Shown here in pieces: positions 10,475 through 20,125 of a DNA stretch of 64,000 nucleotides (position 1 is the stretch's first letter; every line of letters begins with the position of its first letter). The DNA is from an uncultured Candidatus Poseidoniales archaeon (GTDB taxonomy: Archaea; Thermoplasmatota; Poseidoniia; Poseidoniales; Poseidoniaceae). A model generated the notes under the pieces. That model saw only the letters and a list, made by a program, of their open reading frames with translations. It had not been told where the DNA came from and made no database searches. The DNA lies in assembly GCA_963997415.1 (NCBI GenBank), contig CAXEMN010000001.1:24220-88219 (forward strand). Reading direction: 5' to 3'. Position numbers and translations under genes: made by a program.

Positions 10475-11221
10475 ATGGGCGTTGACCGGATGCAGTGGGG
10501 TGCCGAACCATGGCAGTTTGCTGACCTTCACATGCCAGATGACCCTTCCCCGTTCCAAAACGCTGCCGGGGTTCCATGCGTGATGCTCATTCACGGAGGG
10601 TTTTGGAAAAGTGCATGGACGAGTGAACTCATGCGGCCGATTGGTGATGATCTTGCTGAGGCTGGCATTGCTGCGTGGAACATTGAATTCAAAGGCTGGA
10701 GTGATGGAGATGAAGGTGTCTGGATGGACACCCTTTCCGATGTTCTACGAGCGTGGGGGCAACTTGCCTTACTTCCGGGAATTGACATCACCCGCTCCAT
10801 GATTATGGGTCACTCTGCTGGCGGTCATCTCGCCTTGATGCTTGCCTCAAAAGCTGAACGCAGGCCTTGGCTCACCATCGCTCAAGCGCCGATTACGGAT
10901 CTGATTGCCGCCGATCATGCCAACCTCTCTGATGAAGGCGATGCAGTACGCAGATGGATTGGCGCTGGTCCAACTGAGATGCCAGAGGTCTGGCGACAAC
11001 TCAATCCAGTCGATCATCCAGCAGACGTTTCGATCCTTCTCGTCCATGGTGAGAGGGACGAGGATGTTCCAAAGGAACAATCAGAAACCTATGCCAGAGT
11101 CATGAAAGCCAAAGGTGTCGAAGTTCAGAAACTCTGGCTCCCCGGTGACCACTATTCGGTCATTGATGTTGCAAGCGATGACTGGCTGGTTCAATTGAAT
11201 GCCATCATCGATTGGTTGTAA
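10475..11221 (+). CDS. Alpha/beta hydrolase (esterase / arylformamidase-like)
   Basis: Oxyanion HGGFW, nucleophile elbow GHSAGGHLA, and late LLVHGERDEDVP. First ATG at 10475. The substrate is unknown. Confidence 0.6.
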   Translation: MGVDRMQWGAEPWQFADLHMPDDPSPFQNAAGVPCVMLIHGGFWKSAWTSELMRPIGDDLAEAGIAAWNIEFKGWSDGDEGVWMDTLSDVLRAWGQLALLPGIDITRSMIMGHSAGGHLALMLASKAERRPWLTIAQAPITDLIAADHANLSDEGDAVRRWIGAGPTEMPEVWRQLNPVDHPADVSILLVHGERDEDVPKEQSETYARVMKAKGVEVQKLWLPGDHYSVIDVASDDWLVQLNAIIDWL

Positions 11222-11265
11222 GTTGGCATCCCAAGACCTATGTGAGGCTACCTGCTGCGGTGTCC

Positions 11266-12081
11266 ATGGACCTCCTCGGTGATGACTTCCCCTACGCTAA
11301 CACGGCATTGAAAGGAAAGCATGCTTTGGTGTGTGGAGCAAGCAAAGGCATTGGAAGAGCAACCGCTATGATGATGGCTAAAGCTGGGGCAAACGTCACA
11401 GTTTGTGCCAGAAATGCAGCATCTCTCGCCACTCTTTGTGACGAATTGTCGAACCTAGGTTCGGGCGAGCACACACCTCTTGCTCTTGACCTTGAAGATC
11501 AGGATGCCATTCAATCAGCCATCCCTACTCTGCTTGCTCAACGCGGCGCAGTGCATATTCTTGTCAACAACGCAGCAGGCCCACCTGGTGGTCCTTTATT
11601 GGCCAATGCCTTGAGCGACTTTGAGGCCCCTTTCAAACGCCACCTTCATGCAGCACACACATTGACTCAACTTCTCGCACCCGGAATGGAAGCAGAAGGT
11701 TATGGTCGTATTATCCAAATTATTTCCACGTCTGTCAAGGAACCAATCCCCAACATTGGCCTCTCCAACACCCTTCGAGGAGCTATGGCATCTTGGGCCA
11801 AGACACTCTCGAGAGAATTGGCACCTTGCATCACCATCAACAACGTCTTGCCAGGATTTACGGACACAGACAGACTTGGCTCGTTGGCTTCGTCAATCCA
11901 AGAGCGCACCGGAAAATCGCTTGAGGAAGTCCAATCTGGCTGGCTCGGACAGGTTCCAATTGAGCGTTTGATCAATCCCTTAGAAACCGCATCTGCTCTC
12001 ACGTTCTTGGCGCTTCCCGCATCGGGTGGCATTCGTGGAGTTAGCCTTGCGGTTGATGGCGGCCGATTGCGAAGTATCTGA
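11266..12081 (+). CDS. Short-chain dehydrogenase/reductase family protein (atypical active site)
   Basis: Motifs: VCGASKGIGRATA (TGxxxGxG), NNAAG, ISTSV. The expected YxxxK is not present (SNTLRGAMASWAK instead). Confidence 0.75.
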   Translation: MDLLGDDFPYANTALKGKHALVCGASKGIGRATAMMMAKAGANVTVCARNAASLATLCDELSNLGSGEHTPLALDLEDQDAIQSAIPTLLAQRGAVHILVNNAAGPPGGPLLANALSDFEAPFKRHLHAAHTLTQLLAPGMEAEGYGRIIQIISTSVKEPIPNIGLSNTLRGAMASWAKTLSRELAPCITINNVLPGFTDTDRLGSLASSIQERTGKSLEEVQSGWLGQVPIERLINPLETASALTFLALPASGGIRGVSLAVDGGRLRSI

Positions 12082-13056
12082 TCACCGCAAGATGTCAAAC
12101 CAAACAGGATAATGGTCGGATATATCGGCGCTGTCGAAGACCATATCGACGCCCCAATTGGATGTGAGTCGTCCACTGAGGTCGCCATTGGTGAGGATTC
12201 GGTCATAGGCGCAGGCACTCTGCGACACCGTTGTATCCACATCATTGCCCACCAACCATGTGTAATTTCCGCCAGCCAAAGCTGAATTGGAAAGATCTTG
12301 TTCTGATGCATAGGTGCAATCTGCATTGAGATCACCGAGGATGACAAGGTCTTCTTCATCAGGATGTTGTTCAAGGTAGGTCGATGCAACCACGCCCATC
12401 GCATTGATTTCTTCAACAGCAGCTGCTGGCTTTGTGTGGACTGTGATGAGGCTCAAATCAAACATCGTTTGGTTTCCTTCAAGATCCAACAGGGCGAACC
12501 TTCCTTGGAATGGCTCACGTTGAAATGAATCATGTTCACTGTCATTGTACAAACTGCCATTTCCAATCGCTTCAAACACAGCCGTATTGTAATAAAAGGC
12601 GTACTGCTCTTGTGATGAGCGGTCATCTTCCTGGAGGCCCGAACGTGGACTCAACATCATTGCCCACTCGGTTTGACTTTGGTTATTGATGGCATCAAGG
12701 AAATCATAGGGGACGGTTTGATCGATGTCCTTGATTTCTTGAACAGCGACCAAATCATACCTGAGTACAGTTTCAACAAGCACTGAGACAACGTCAGGTT
12801 TCCCCATTTTGGTTTCGCCAAAGACCTTGATGTTGAATGTTGCAATTCGGGCCACTTCCGACCGGTTCAGTTCTGGAGCCCTCGCCTCTTCATTGCTTGA
12901 TTCAGGTGCAATGGTTTCATTTTCCACCTCGACAGGTACTGCGACATAGACCACTTGTGCCTCTTCTTGTGAAAGTAAGGTTTGGAGGGCAAGCGGAGCG
13001 AGGATGAGAATCGCCGCGATGCTTAGGCCTTGCAAGTAGCCGTCATACTTGCCCAT
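12082..13056 (-). CDS. Membrane-anchored DNase I-like endonuclease/exonuclease/phosphatase (EEP) family nuclease
   Basis: N-terminal TM segment LQGLSIAAILILAPLALQTLL, then IATFNIKVFGETK...YDLVAVQEIKD...LGDLNADC...SDHYPVW, which is the EEP/DNase I motif order. Start taken at MGKYDG (13056). Confidence 0.7.
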   Translation of the reverse strand: MGKYDGYLQGLSIAAILILAPLALQTLLSQEEAQVVYVAVPVEVENETIAPESSNEEARAPELNRSEVARIATFNIKVFGETKMGKPDVVSVLVETVLRYDLVAVQEIKDIDQTVPYDFLDAINNQSQTEWAMMLSPRSGLQEDDRSSQEQYAFYYNTAVFEAIGNGSLYNDSEHDSFQREPFQGRFALLDLEGNQTMFDLSLITVHTKPAAAVEEINAMGVVASTYLEQHPDEEDLVILGDLNADCTYASEQDLSNSALAGGNYTWLVGNDVDTTVSQSACAYDRILTNGDLSGRLTSNWGVDMVFDSADISDHYPVWFDILR

Positions 13057-13138
13057 GATGGAGGGGAGTGTTTCTTGCGTATGAAGGTTCAACCTCGTCA
13101 ACGGCCAAGAGATATGTTCTTGACGCGAAGGTCCAGCG

Positions 13139-13990
13139 GTGGGCATGGACGGCGAGGTCACACCCGAGCAGGCCCGACGAATCTTGGATATGTTGACCCA
13201 AGGCGGGGCTATGGAGGACATCAACACACCCTTAGCTCTCCGTTTGATTCCCCTTGCCATAGAATTGGAAGATGAAGCACTTGCAGATCGACTTCTTGCT
13301 CATGCGAAGAATATTGCAGCCGATGAAATTGAATCGGGTTGGGCTTCATTTGAAGAGATGAAGATGACGAATGCTTCCATTGATGATCTTTCTGAGCTCA
13401 CGGCGAAAGCAGAACTGATTGAGTCTGGTGAACCTCTCTCTGCTGCAGTTGCCCATCACGTTGCTCTTCTTCACATGGCGAACGAAGCGTATGAAGAAGC
13501 CCAAATGTTTGCAAGCAGGTCACTTCGATTGCGTGAAAAAACCAATGATGAGCATGGAATTGTCTACGGTTTGGCTCTGCTTGAGGCTTTAGCAAAGAAA
13601 CAGCATCAGCACGAAATCGCTCTTGTTCATGCTTCGAGGCGCATTGAACTTTTGATGAAACTCAAGGACGAAGAAGGGCAAATGGAAGCCATGGCAGATA
13701 TGGGTCACAGCCAAGCAACGCTTGGACAATTTGATGCAGCAAAAGACCTCTATGGCCAATCACTGGATTTGGCATTGGCACTTGAGGACCTTTCAGGCCA
13801 ACTCGTCGCTCGTTGGGGACTTGCTGACATTGCAGAAATCGAAGAAGATTATGAGACGGCAATGTTGCAACTTTCAGATTGCCTACATGCGTTCATCAAC
13901 GCCGGCTTACCAACTCCAATCGCAGTGCGTCAACGAATTGAAGCCCTTACTTCGTTCAACAATACGACCGATTCACGAAAAAATTCCTGA
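13139..13990 (+). CDS. TPR-like repeat protein
   Basis: 283 aa and helical. Repeated A/L/E-rich ~34-aa units (e.g. EAMADMGHSQATLGQFDAAKDLYGQSLDLA). No catalytic motif. Confidence 0.5.
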   Translation: MGMDGEVTPEQARRILDMLTQGGAMEDINTPLALRLIPLAIELEDEALADRLLAHAKNIAADEIESGWASFEEMKMTNASIDDLSELTAKAELIESGEPLSAAVAHHVALLHMANEAYEEAQMFASRSLRLREKTNDEHGIVYGLALLEALAKKQHQHEIALVHASRRIELLMKLKDEEGQMEAMADMGHSQATLGQFDAAKDLYGQSLDLALALEDLSGQLVARWGLADIAEIEEDYETAMLQLSDCLHAFINAGLPTPIAVRQRIEALTSFNNTTDSRKNS

Positions 13991-14058
13991 ATCGTTGTTC
14001 AAGTGAAACAGCCACACTCGTTATGATGTGCCTCCGACTGGAAGGACCGGTGCCACCT

Positions 14059-15306
14059 ATGGACCATGACATCTTTTTCTCCATCAGCCAGACCCCCGAT
14101 GCCGCGGGTCGTGTGCCGTTTGAGGACGAAATGTTCGCCAATTACTTCCAACAACTCGAATGCGCGGATCGGCTTGGTTTTGGTGTTGGATGGATTGCTC
14201 AGGCCCATCTTTCAACCGAGACTCAGAAGAGCAATTCACGTCCAGTCGTACCTCATTGGCAAGGCGAAGTTGGGCTCTGTACTGATTTTCCTCAATTGGC
14301 AATGGAATCTTTTCGCCGAACAACTTCAATCGAAATAGGAAGTGCTGTTGTTTCAATTTTGGCATCTGGTGGCCCGATTGCTCAGGCTGAACGAATTGCA
14401 AATGCATTGATGTTGCACGGCATGAACCCAGATGAACATCGAAAATTACACGTCGGTTTTTCAGCAGGGCGTTTTGAATTCATGGCCCGACCCTATGGTA
14501 TCGTGCCGCGAAATTCCATTGAGGAAGCAGCATGGCCTGCTCTCCGAGGCCAAATTTTCATGGAAGCAGGGGAAATATTTCTACGACTGTTGCGCGGCGA
14601 TGTGGTCAATTCTACAACGACCTATGACACTGTTTTGACGCGTTCCAATTTCCGCTCCGATGAGGATTGGGAACGGGTGCAATCCGCTGCTGTTGAATTC
14701 GAAGGTCTGACTTCACCGCCAAACGAAGTCCACATTCCGAAGCGATACGTGTTCGAAGATTTGAAGATTGTACCAAACACATTCAGGAGAGAATTGCTTG
14801 AACTTGTGGCGGGCACTCACGATCCAAGAGCACAAACCTTCCTCAATTCGTTTTCACCAGTGAAGGTCTTCAATCTCTCCATCACAAAACCCGAAGTCAT
14901 TGAGGCGACGCATGAACGAATGGCATCTGTGTTCCACGCAGATGGCGGGGCATGGCAGCGCAGGGACATGCCAAGAACATCCTTTGTCTTCCTTAATGCC
15001 GAAGAAGGATTGTCGACAGAACAACAGAGTGAAGCAGCACATCGTGAAGCGAAAGCCGCACTTGGCGCGTACTGGAACGCATTGGAAGGAACCATTGACC
15101 CTTCAAAAGTGAGCAACGCTGCAAATAACGCACTCATAGGTAATGTCGAAGAAGTCGCACAACAAATCCTCGACCGCTTCCATCCAGAAGATCGAATCAT
15201 GGCATGGTTCGATTTCTTTAATCATGACTCGGACCGAGTCTGTAGGGACATGACTGCGTACATGGAACAAGTCGTCCCTCTTGTCGAATCAACGTTAGGA
15301 AATTGA
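14059..15306 (+). CDS. Luciferase-like (LLM class) flavin-dependent oxidoreductase, long form
   Basis: The N-terminus FFSISQTPD...YFQQLECADRLGFGVGWIAQAH is typical of LLM TIM barrels. Start taken at MDHDIFF. Assigned by resemblance only. Confidence 0.55.
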   Translation: MDHDIFFSISQTPDAAGRVPFEDEMFANYFQQLECADRLGFGVGWIAQAHLSTETQKSNSRPVVPHWQGEVGLCTDFPQLAMESFRRTTSIEIGSAVVSILASGGPIAQAERIANALMLHGMNPDEHRKLHVGFSAGRFEFMARPYGIVPRNSIEEAAWPALRGQIFMEAGEIFLRLLRGDVVNSTTTYDTVLTRSNFRSDEDWERVQSAAVEFEGLTSPPNEVHIPKRYVFEDLKIVPNTFRRELLELVAGTHDPRAQTFLNSFSPVKVFNLSITKPEVIEATHERMASVFHADGGAWQRRDMPRTSFVFLNAEEGLSTEQQSEAAHREAKAALGAYWNALEGTIDPSKVSNAANNALIGNVEEVAQQILDRFHPEDRIMAWFDFFNHDSDRVCRDMTAYMEQVVPLVESTLGN

Positions 15307-15315
15307 GGTGAACCA

Positions 15316-16431
15316 ATGTCGATTGAACACGATACCCCTTCCGCAGTCGAACCCGGTCGCCCCGGGAGCACACTCTATCCTGACAGTCCACTTGGCGAAC
15401 AGGTGGAAGGGATTCCTACTGGACGCGAAGTTGCGTGGGAGCCACTGGTGGACTATCGAAGAAATGGAGTTTCAGAAACCACCATCCACGGTGCAGTAGC
15501 TTGGGCTCACGGAGATGAGGTGATTCACTCCTTTGGTGGCAATGTTCTTTGTTATGGGCGTTCGATGATGAAACCCTTCATGTTGAAGGCGTTCACCGAT
15601 GAGTTGTCAGATGTCAGTTGGGAACAAAAGGCGATTGCTGTCGCATCCCACAATGGTGATACAGAGCACGTTGCTGCAGCCCAATCCTTGCTCGCACAGG
15701 AAGAATGGCCACTGATGCTCACGCCACTCGACGTTCCACTCATCCAATTCGGGCGTCAAGTTCGTCGTCCTCGACGTTGGTTCCATACCTGTTCAGGAGA
15801 GCACGCTGCAATCCTCCATGGTTGCAGGAAAAAAGGATGGAATCGAGCTGGCTACACGCTTCCAACCCACGAAGTGTTCCACGCCTACATGGAACAGATC
15901 AGAACATACCTTGGAGAAGACTGGATGCCTTTGCGAATCGCAAAGGATGGCTGTGGTCTTCCAACAGTGTCAAACACAGTTTCTGAATTGGCTCAAATCT
16001 ATGCAGGATTGGTCCGCGACAAGGACGAGGATTGGATTTGGGAGGCGATGGTCAGGCATCCAGATCTTGTTGGTGGATTCAACAGGTTGGATTCAACAAT
16101 CTTGAAGGCCGGAGAAGGCAAAGTCATTGCCAAAGAAGGCGCAGACGGATTGCTCGGTTTAGCCATTGAGCACCCTGATTATCCGAAGGGTCTTGGCATT
16201 GTTGTCAAGATTGCACACGGATGGAATTCACAGGCAACATGGTATGTGGCTCGTGCCGTATTGGGCGTGTTAGGCATTAACCTGAGAAACCCCTACCCGC
16301 TTCATCGACAAAAAGCGTTCATTGTCCCAGGCATAGTCCCGGAAAAATACCTTGATGTTTTGGAAACATTGCCAACTTGGGATGAATGGGACCCCGATCA
16401 GGACCGCTGGCTCTATGATGTGGAGATGTAA
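15316..16431 (+). CDS. Asparaginase_II (PF06089-like) family amidohydrolase
   Basis: The pattern HGAVAW...KPFML...ASHNGD..H...CSGEHA...DGCGLPT...MVRHPDLVGG...KEGADGL...GIVVKI follows the thermolabile Rhizobium-type asparaginase II family as I recall it. Confidence 0.7.
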   Translation: MSIEHDTPSAVEPGRPGSTLYPDSPLGEQVEGIPTGREVAWEPLVDYRRNGVSETTIHGAVAWAHGDEVIHSFGGNVLCYGRSMMKPFMLKAFTDELSDVSWEQKAIAVASHNGDTEHVAAAQSLLAQEEWPLMLTPLDVPLIQFGRQVRRPRRWFHTCSGEHAAILHGCRKKGWNRAGYTLPTHEVFHAYMEQIRTYLGEDWMPLRIAKDGCGLPTVSNTVSELAQIYAGLVRDKDEDWIWEAMVRHPDLVGGFNRLDSTILKAGEGKVIAKEGADGLLGLAIEHPDYPKGLGIVVKIAHGWNSQATWYVARAVLGVLGINLRNPYPLHRQKAFIVPGIVPEKYLDVLETLPTWDEWDPDQDRWLYDVEM

Positions 16432-16433
16432 CC

Positions 16434-17897
16434 ATGCTTGCATTGATGAACTACATCGATGGCCAGTTTGTCCCGGCTGCCTCTGGCCAAACCCTCGAGG
16501 ACATCAATCCGGCGACAGGTCAACGCATCGCTACCATTCCACGGTCAGAACATCAAGATGTCGAACAGGCAGCACATGCAGCAAAAACAGCGCAACCAGA
16601 ATGGAACGCTCTTTCGCTTGAACAGCGTGCTGATTGGCTTGATCTCATTGCAGATGCACTGCAAGCAAAACATGAGGCCATTGCTCAGGCTGAATCGCTT
16701 GATACGGGCAAACCGATTTCCCTCGCACGCAGGGTCGATGCAAGTCGCTCGGTGGAAAATTTCAGATTTTTTGCCAACTTCGGAAGACAACAAACACCAT
16801 TGACATTTGAGATGGACGACGCCATCAATCTTGTTCATCGAAATGGGCTTGGGGTGGTTGGACTCATCACACCGTGGAATCTGCCGCTTTATCTGATGTC
16901 ATGGAAGGTCGCTCCAGCGCTTCTCATGGGCAACGCAATCGTCGCTAAACCAAGCGAAATGACCCCGCTCACCGCCAACATCCTTGCAGAAACACTTCAC
17001 GAATTGGAGTTGCCCAAAGGGGTCTTCAATCTGGTTCATGGCCTTGGTCCAGAAGTAGGGCAAGCCATCTTGGAACATCCGATCATCAACGGCATCTCAT
17101 TCACCGGTGGTACGGCAACTGGGCGCATTGTTGCGGCAACAGCCGCACCTATGTTCAAGAAACTCTCTTTGGAACTTGGAGGGAAAAACGCCACCATCGT
17201 TCTTGAGGATGCGGATCTGGACAAAGCCGTCCAAGGGGCTGTTCGTGCCGCTTTCACGAATTCCGGACAAGTCTGCTTGTGTGGCTCGCGCCTTATGCTT
17301 CACTCGTCAATTGCTGAAGCCTTCTTGGAACGATTCGTGGCTGAGGTGAAATCGATGCGAATTGGTGATCCTAAAGAGGATTTGACCCAAATCGGAACCG
17401 TGATTTCAATGGAGCATTTGGCGAAGGTCGAATCCTACATCAAACTGGCAGTCGATGAAGGCGGGGAAATCCTCACTGGCGGGACTCGAGACATGGTCGG
17501 CCAGATTGGGCCAACCGCAGAAGGCGCCTACCTCGCACCAACAGTCATTAGCGGATTGAGTCATCTCTCAAGGTGCGCTACGGAGGAGATTTTTGGCCCA
17601 GTGGTCACTGTTCACACCTTCGATACACTCGAAGAAGCGACCACAATGGCCAACGCTACTGAATATGGATTGGCCGGTTCAATTTGGACACAGGACCTCG
17701 AAGTTGGTCAAGCACTTGCTCAAACCATCGATACTGGTATTGTTTGGATCAACACGTGGCTGCATCGTGATTTGAGAACTCCATTTGGTGGTGTAAAACA
17801 TTCAGGTGTCGGTCGAGAAGGTGGCCAATGGTCCCTTGGATTCTTTTCAGAGACAACCAATATCTGTGTCATGGGACCCAACAAGAACGACGCTTGA
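16434..17897 (+). CDS. NAD(P)-dependent aldehyde dehydrogenase (hydroxymuconic/aminomuconic semialdehyde dehydrogenase-like)
   Basis: 487 aa. Motifs: NYIDGQFV...NPATG, LELGGKNA (catalytic Glu), FTNSGQVCLCGSRL (catalytic Cys), EEIFGPV. Confidence 0.85.
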   Translation: MLALMNYIDGQFVPAASGQTLEDINPATGQRIATIPRSEHQDVEQAAHAAKTAQPEWNALSLEQRADWLDLIADALQAKHEAIAQAESLDTGKPISLARRVDASRSVENFRFFANFGRQQTPLTFEMDDAINLVHRNGLGVVGLITPWNLPLYLMSWKVAPALLMGNAIVAKPSEMTPLTANILAETLHELELPKGVFNLVHGLGPEVGQAILEHPIINGISFTGGTATGRIVAATAAPMFKKLSLELGGKNATIVLEDADLDKAVQGAVRAAFTNSGQVCLCGSRLMLHSSIAEAFLERFVAEVKSMRIGDPKEDLTQIGTVISMEHLAKVESYIKLAVDEGGEILTGGTRDMVGQIGPTAEGAYLAPTVISGLSHLSRCATEEIFGPVVTVHTFDTLEEATTMANATEYGLAGSIWTQDLEVGQALAQTIDTGIVWINTWLHRDLRTPFGGVKHSGVGREGGQWSLGFFSETTNICVMGPNKNDA

Positions 17898-17935
17898 GAA
17901 CACATCTTCAAAAGCGATTCTTGCTATTGACTACC

Positions 17936-18667
17936 ATGACGAGTCAAGATGCTCTCCCTCTCTTCGTTCTTCCAATGGTCTTGATGCCTGGTGAGGTCCA
18001 AGAGTTGCGCGTGTTTGAACCAAGGTATCGGCAAATGCTCGATGACTGCCTGCTCGACAACAAGAATTTCGGACTTGTGATGAACGATCCGTTTGAACCT
18101 AGCAACCATTGGGATGGTCCACGGACCCATGGTTGTGAAGCAGAAATTTTGGAACATGACACCAAAGGAAGTAACCATTTCATCTCCATTGTCGGGCGCA
18201 GAAGGTTCACTGTGGAAAAGGTCATTCCACCTGCGCTGCCGCCCTTTGATCACCCCTCAATGGCCTCTTTAGTCAACGAAGATGGGCTTTTTCCAGATCT
18301 ACAGACCTTGCTTGAACACATACCTGAGGATGCCTCACATCACAAATTGTATATTTCCGGTGACGTTCGATTTCACGAGGCTTCAGGTCCGACTTCGCTC
18401 ACCCATCAAACCATGCTTAAGGAACTCCTCAATGGTGTTCTCAATCGGATCGGGGCAGTCTTGAGAATCGATGCGCAGGTCCTCGATAGTTGGGTCGAGG
18501 AAAGGGTCGAGCATGTGGTTGATGATTCTCCAAACTCAGTCTTTACAGTCGCTGCCTTAATCTTGAATGGTCTTGAATCCAAACAACAAATCCTTGCTTG
18601 TGCAGATGCAGAGGAAGCGCTTGCAGAACTGATGCATCAACTCTCAGCTTCGTACGAGGAAGAATAG
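17936..18667 (+). CDS. Lon N-terminal (LON substrate-binding) domain protein
   Basis: [33 protein letters not shown]...FGLV is the Lon N-terminal domain signature. There is no AAA or protease part. Start at ATG 17936. Confidence 0.65.
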   Translation: MTSQDALPLFVLPMVLMPGEVQELRVFEPRYRQMLDDCLLDNKNFGLVMNDPFEPSNHWDGPRTHGCEAEILEHDTKGSNHFISIVGRRRFTVEKVIPPALPPFDHPSMASLVNEDGLFPDLQTLLEHIPEDASHHKLYISGDVRFHEASGPTSLTHQTMLKELLNGVLNRIGAVLRIDAQVLDSWVEERVEHVVDDSPNSVFTVAALILNGLESKQQILACADAEEALAELMHQLSASYEEE

Positions 18668-18719
18668 AGTCCCGTTCCCGTTGCGAGGGTTTCAAAACAC
18701 ATGCGTCGGTGGAAGGGAC

Positions 18720-19541
18720 ATGTCCGTCCACCGCAATGCGCGCAAGGTCACGACACATACCCTGCTTGAAATGAAGCGAGCAGAAGAAAAAATCACCATG
18801 CTCACCGCCTATGATTACTCCTTGGCGAAACTGGTTGACCAAGCAGGTGTCGACGTCATCTTGGTCGGTGATTCCGCTTCAAATGTCATGGCGGGTCAAG
18901 TCACGACGGTTCCAATGACTCTTGACCACATGATCTACCACGCTCAATGTGTTCAACGTGCAGTGGATAGAGCCCTCATCGTTGTCGATATGCCGTTCGG
19001 TACATACCAGGGGAATTCCGCAATTGCGCTTGAATCTGCGATCCGCATCATGAAAGAAGCAGAAGGTCATGCTGTAAAATTAGAAGGTGGTTCGGAGATC
19101 ATACAATCGATTGAGCGTATTCTGACCGCAGGAATTCCAGTCATGGGTCACCTCGGTTTGACCCCTCAATCCATCTACAAATTTGGTACGTACACAGTTC
19201 GTGCCAAAGAGGAAGAGGAAGCAGAGAAGTTGATCGCTGATGCAAAATTGCTGGAAGAGGCAGGATGCTTTGGTATTGTCTTGGAAAAAATACCACGCGA
19301 ATTGGCAAAGCGAGTGAGTGAAGCAATATCGATTCCAACCATTGGCATCGGAGCCGGTCCTGATTGCGATGGCCAGGTGTTGGTGCTTCACGACCTGCTT
19401 GGGATTACGATGGATTTCTCTCCTCGTTTCCTTCGCCGTTATCTCAACCTTGCAGAGGACATCAACACAGCAATCACCTCATACTGCGATGATGTTCGAA
19501 CCGGTGACTTTCCAAACGATTCGGAAAGCTACACTTCATGA
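18720..19541 (+). CDS. panB: 3-methyl-2-oxobutanoate hydroxymethyltransferase
   Basis: Motifs: [50 protein letters not shown]. Confidence 0.92.
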   Translation: MSVHRNARKVTTHTLLEMKRAEEKITMLTAYDYSLAKLVDQAGVDVILVGDSASNVMAGQVTTVPMTLDHMIYHAQCVQRAVDRALIVVDMPFGTYQGNSAIALESAIRIMKEAEGHAVKLEGGSEIIQSIERILTAGIPVMGHLGLTPQSIYKFGTYTVRAKEEEEAEKLIADAKLLEEAGCFGIVLEKIPRELAKRVSEAISIPTIGIGAGPDCDGQVLVLHDLLGITMDFSPRFLRRYLNLAEDINTAITSYCDDVRTGDFPNDSESYTS

Positions 19542-20066
19542 GATTGCATTGTACATGACAATGGCGCCTGCAAAGGCTCCAAGATCGATGCCCATGGCGT
19601 GCCAAATACCGTAACTGAACGGTGGAAGTTGCCTTCGTCCCCAAAGCATTGAGAGGGTCGCCCACGACAACAGTATCCCATACATGCCACAAAACAAAGC
19701 ACCCCATCCCGAAAGCCAGACCAGCAACAATGGCAACGCCAATACAGCAAATCCAAAGCTGTATTCGAGGTATCGCTCCAAGGTAGTGTGCACCAGAATT
19801 CGATACATTAGTGGGCTCAATACAAGCGCAACAATGAGCGCAAATTGAGGCGGGTTAGGGGCAAAAACAGAGTCGATTGAGGGCAGAGCATACGCTTGCC
19901 AAGCTCCACCTAATCCAGCCCCAATGAGGGCAGGCGCCAAGATATGTTTCAATCCTGTAAAGAAATCATCCTTCAAAGAAGTGGCCTTGGGCGCAGCCAC
20001 AGGTAATGCGGTCATTGCCTCCATGAATGGCCCAACTCGCCGCCTTGTTTGAGTCTTGGGTCTCAC
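19536..20066 (-). CDS. Hypothetical integral membrane protein
   Basis: About four hydrophobic segments and no recognisable motif. Its 3' end overlaps panB by 6 nt (convergent). The start may be ATG 20024. Confidence 0.4.
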   Translation of the reverse strand: MRPKTQTRRRVGPFMEAMTALPVAAPKATSLKDDFFTGLKHILAPALIGAGLGGAWQAYALPSIDSVFAPNPPQFALIVALVLSPLMYRILVHTTLERYLEYSFGFAVLALPLLLVWLSGWGALFCGMYGILLSWATLSMLWGRRQLPPFSYGIWHAMGIDLGAFAGAIVMYNAIS

Positions 20067-20125
20067 CAGATTTGCATGATTCGAGCGCCGATGCCGATAT
20101 AGCCCCTAAGCGCTTGGCTTGTCTC

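Noticed and set aside
11700-12416. A 238-aa minus-strand ORF spans the SDR 3' half and the nuclease 3' end.
   Set aside because: It lies antisense to or overlapping two motif-bearing genes and has no motifs. It is a typical shadow ORF in a ~50% GC genome. The same judgement applies to 3125-3679, 7257-7790, 23175-23765, 36047-36565, 47484-48017 and 50801-51361.
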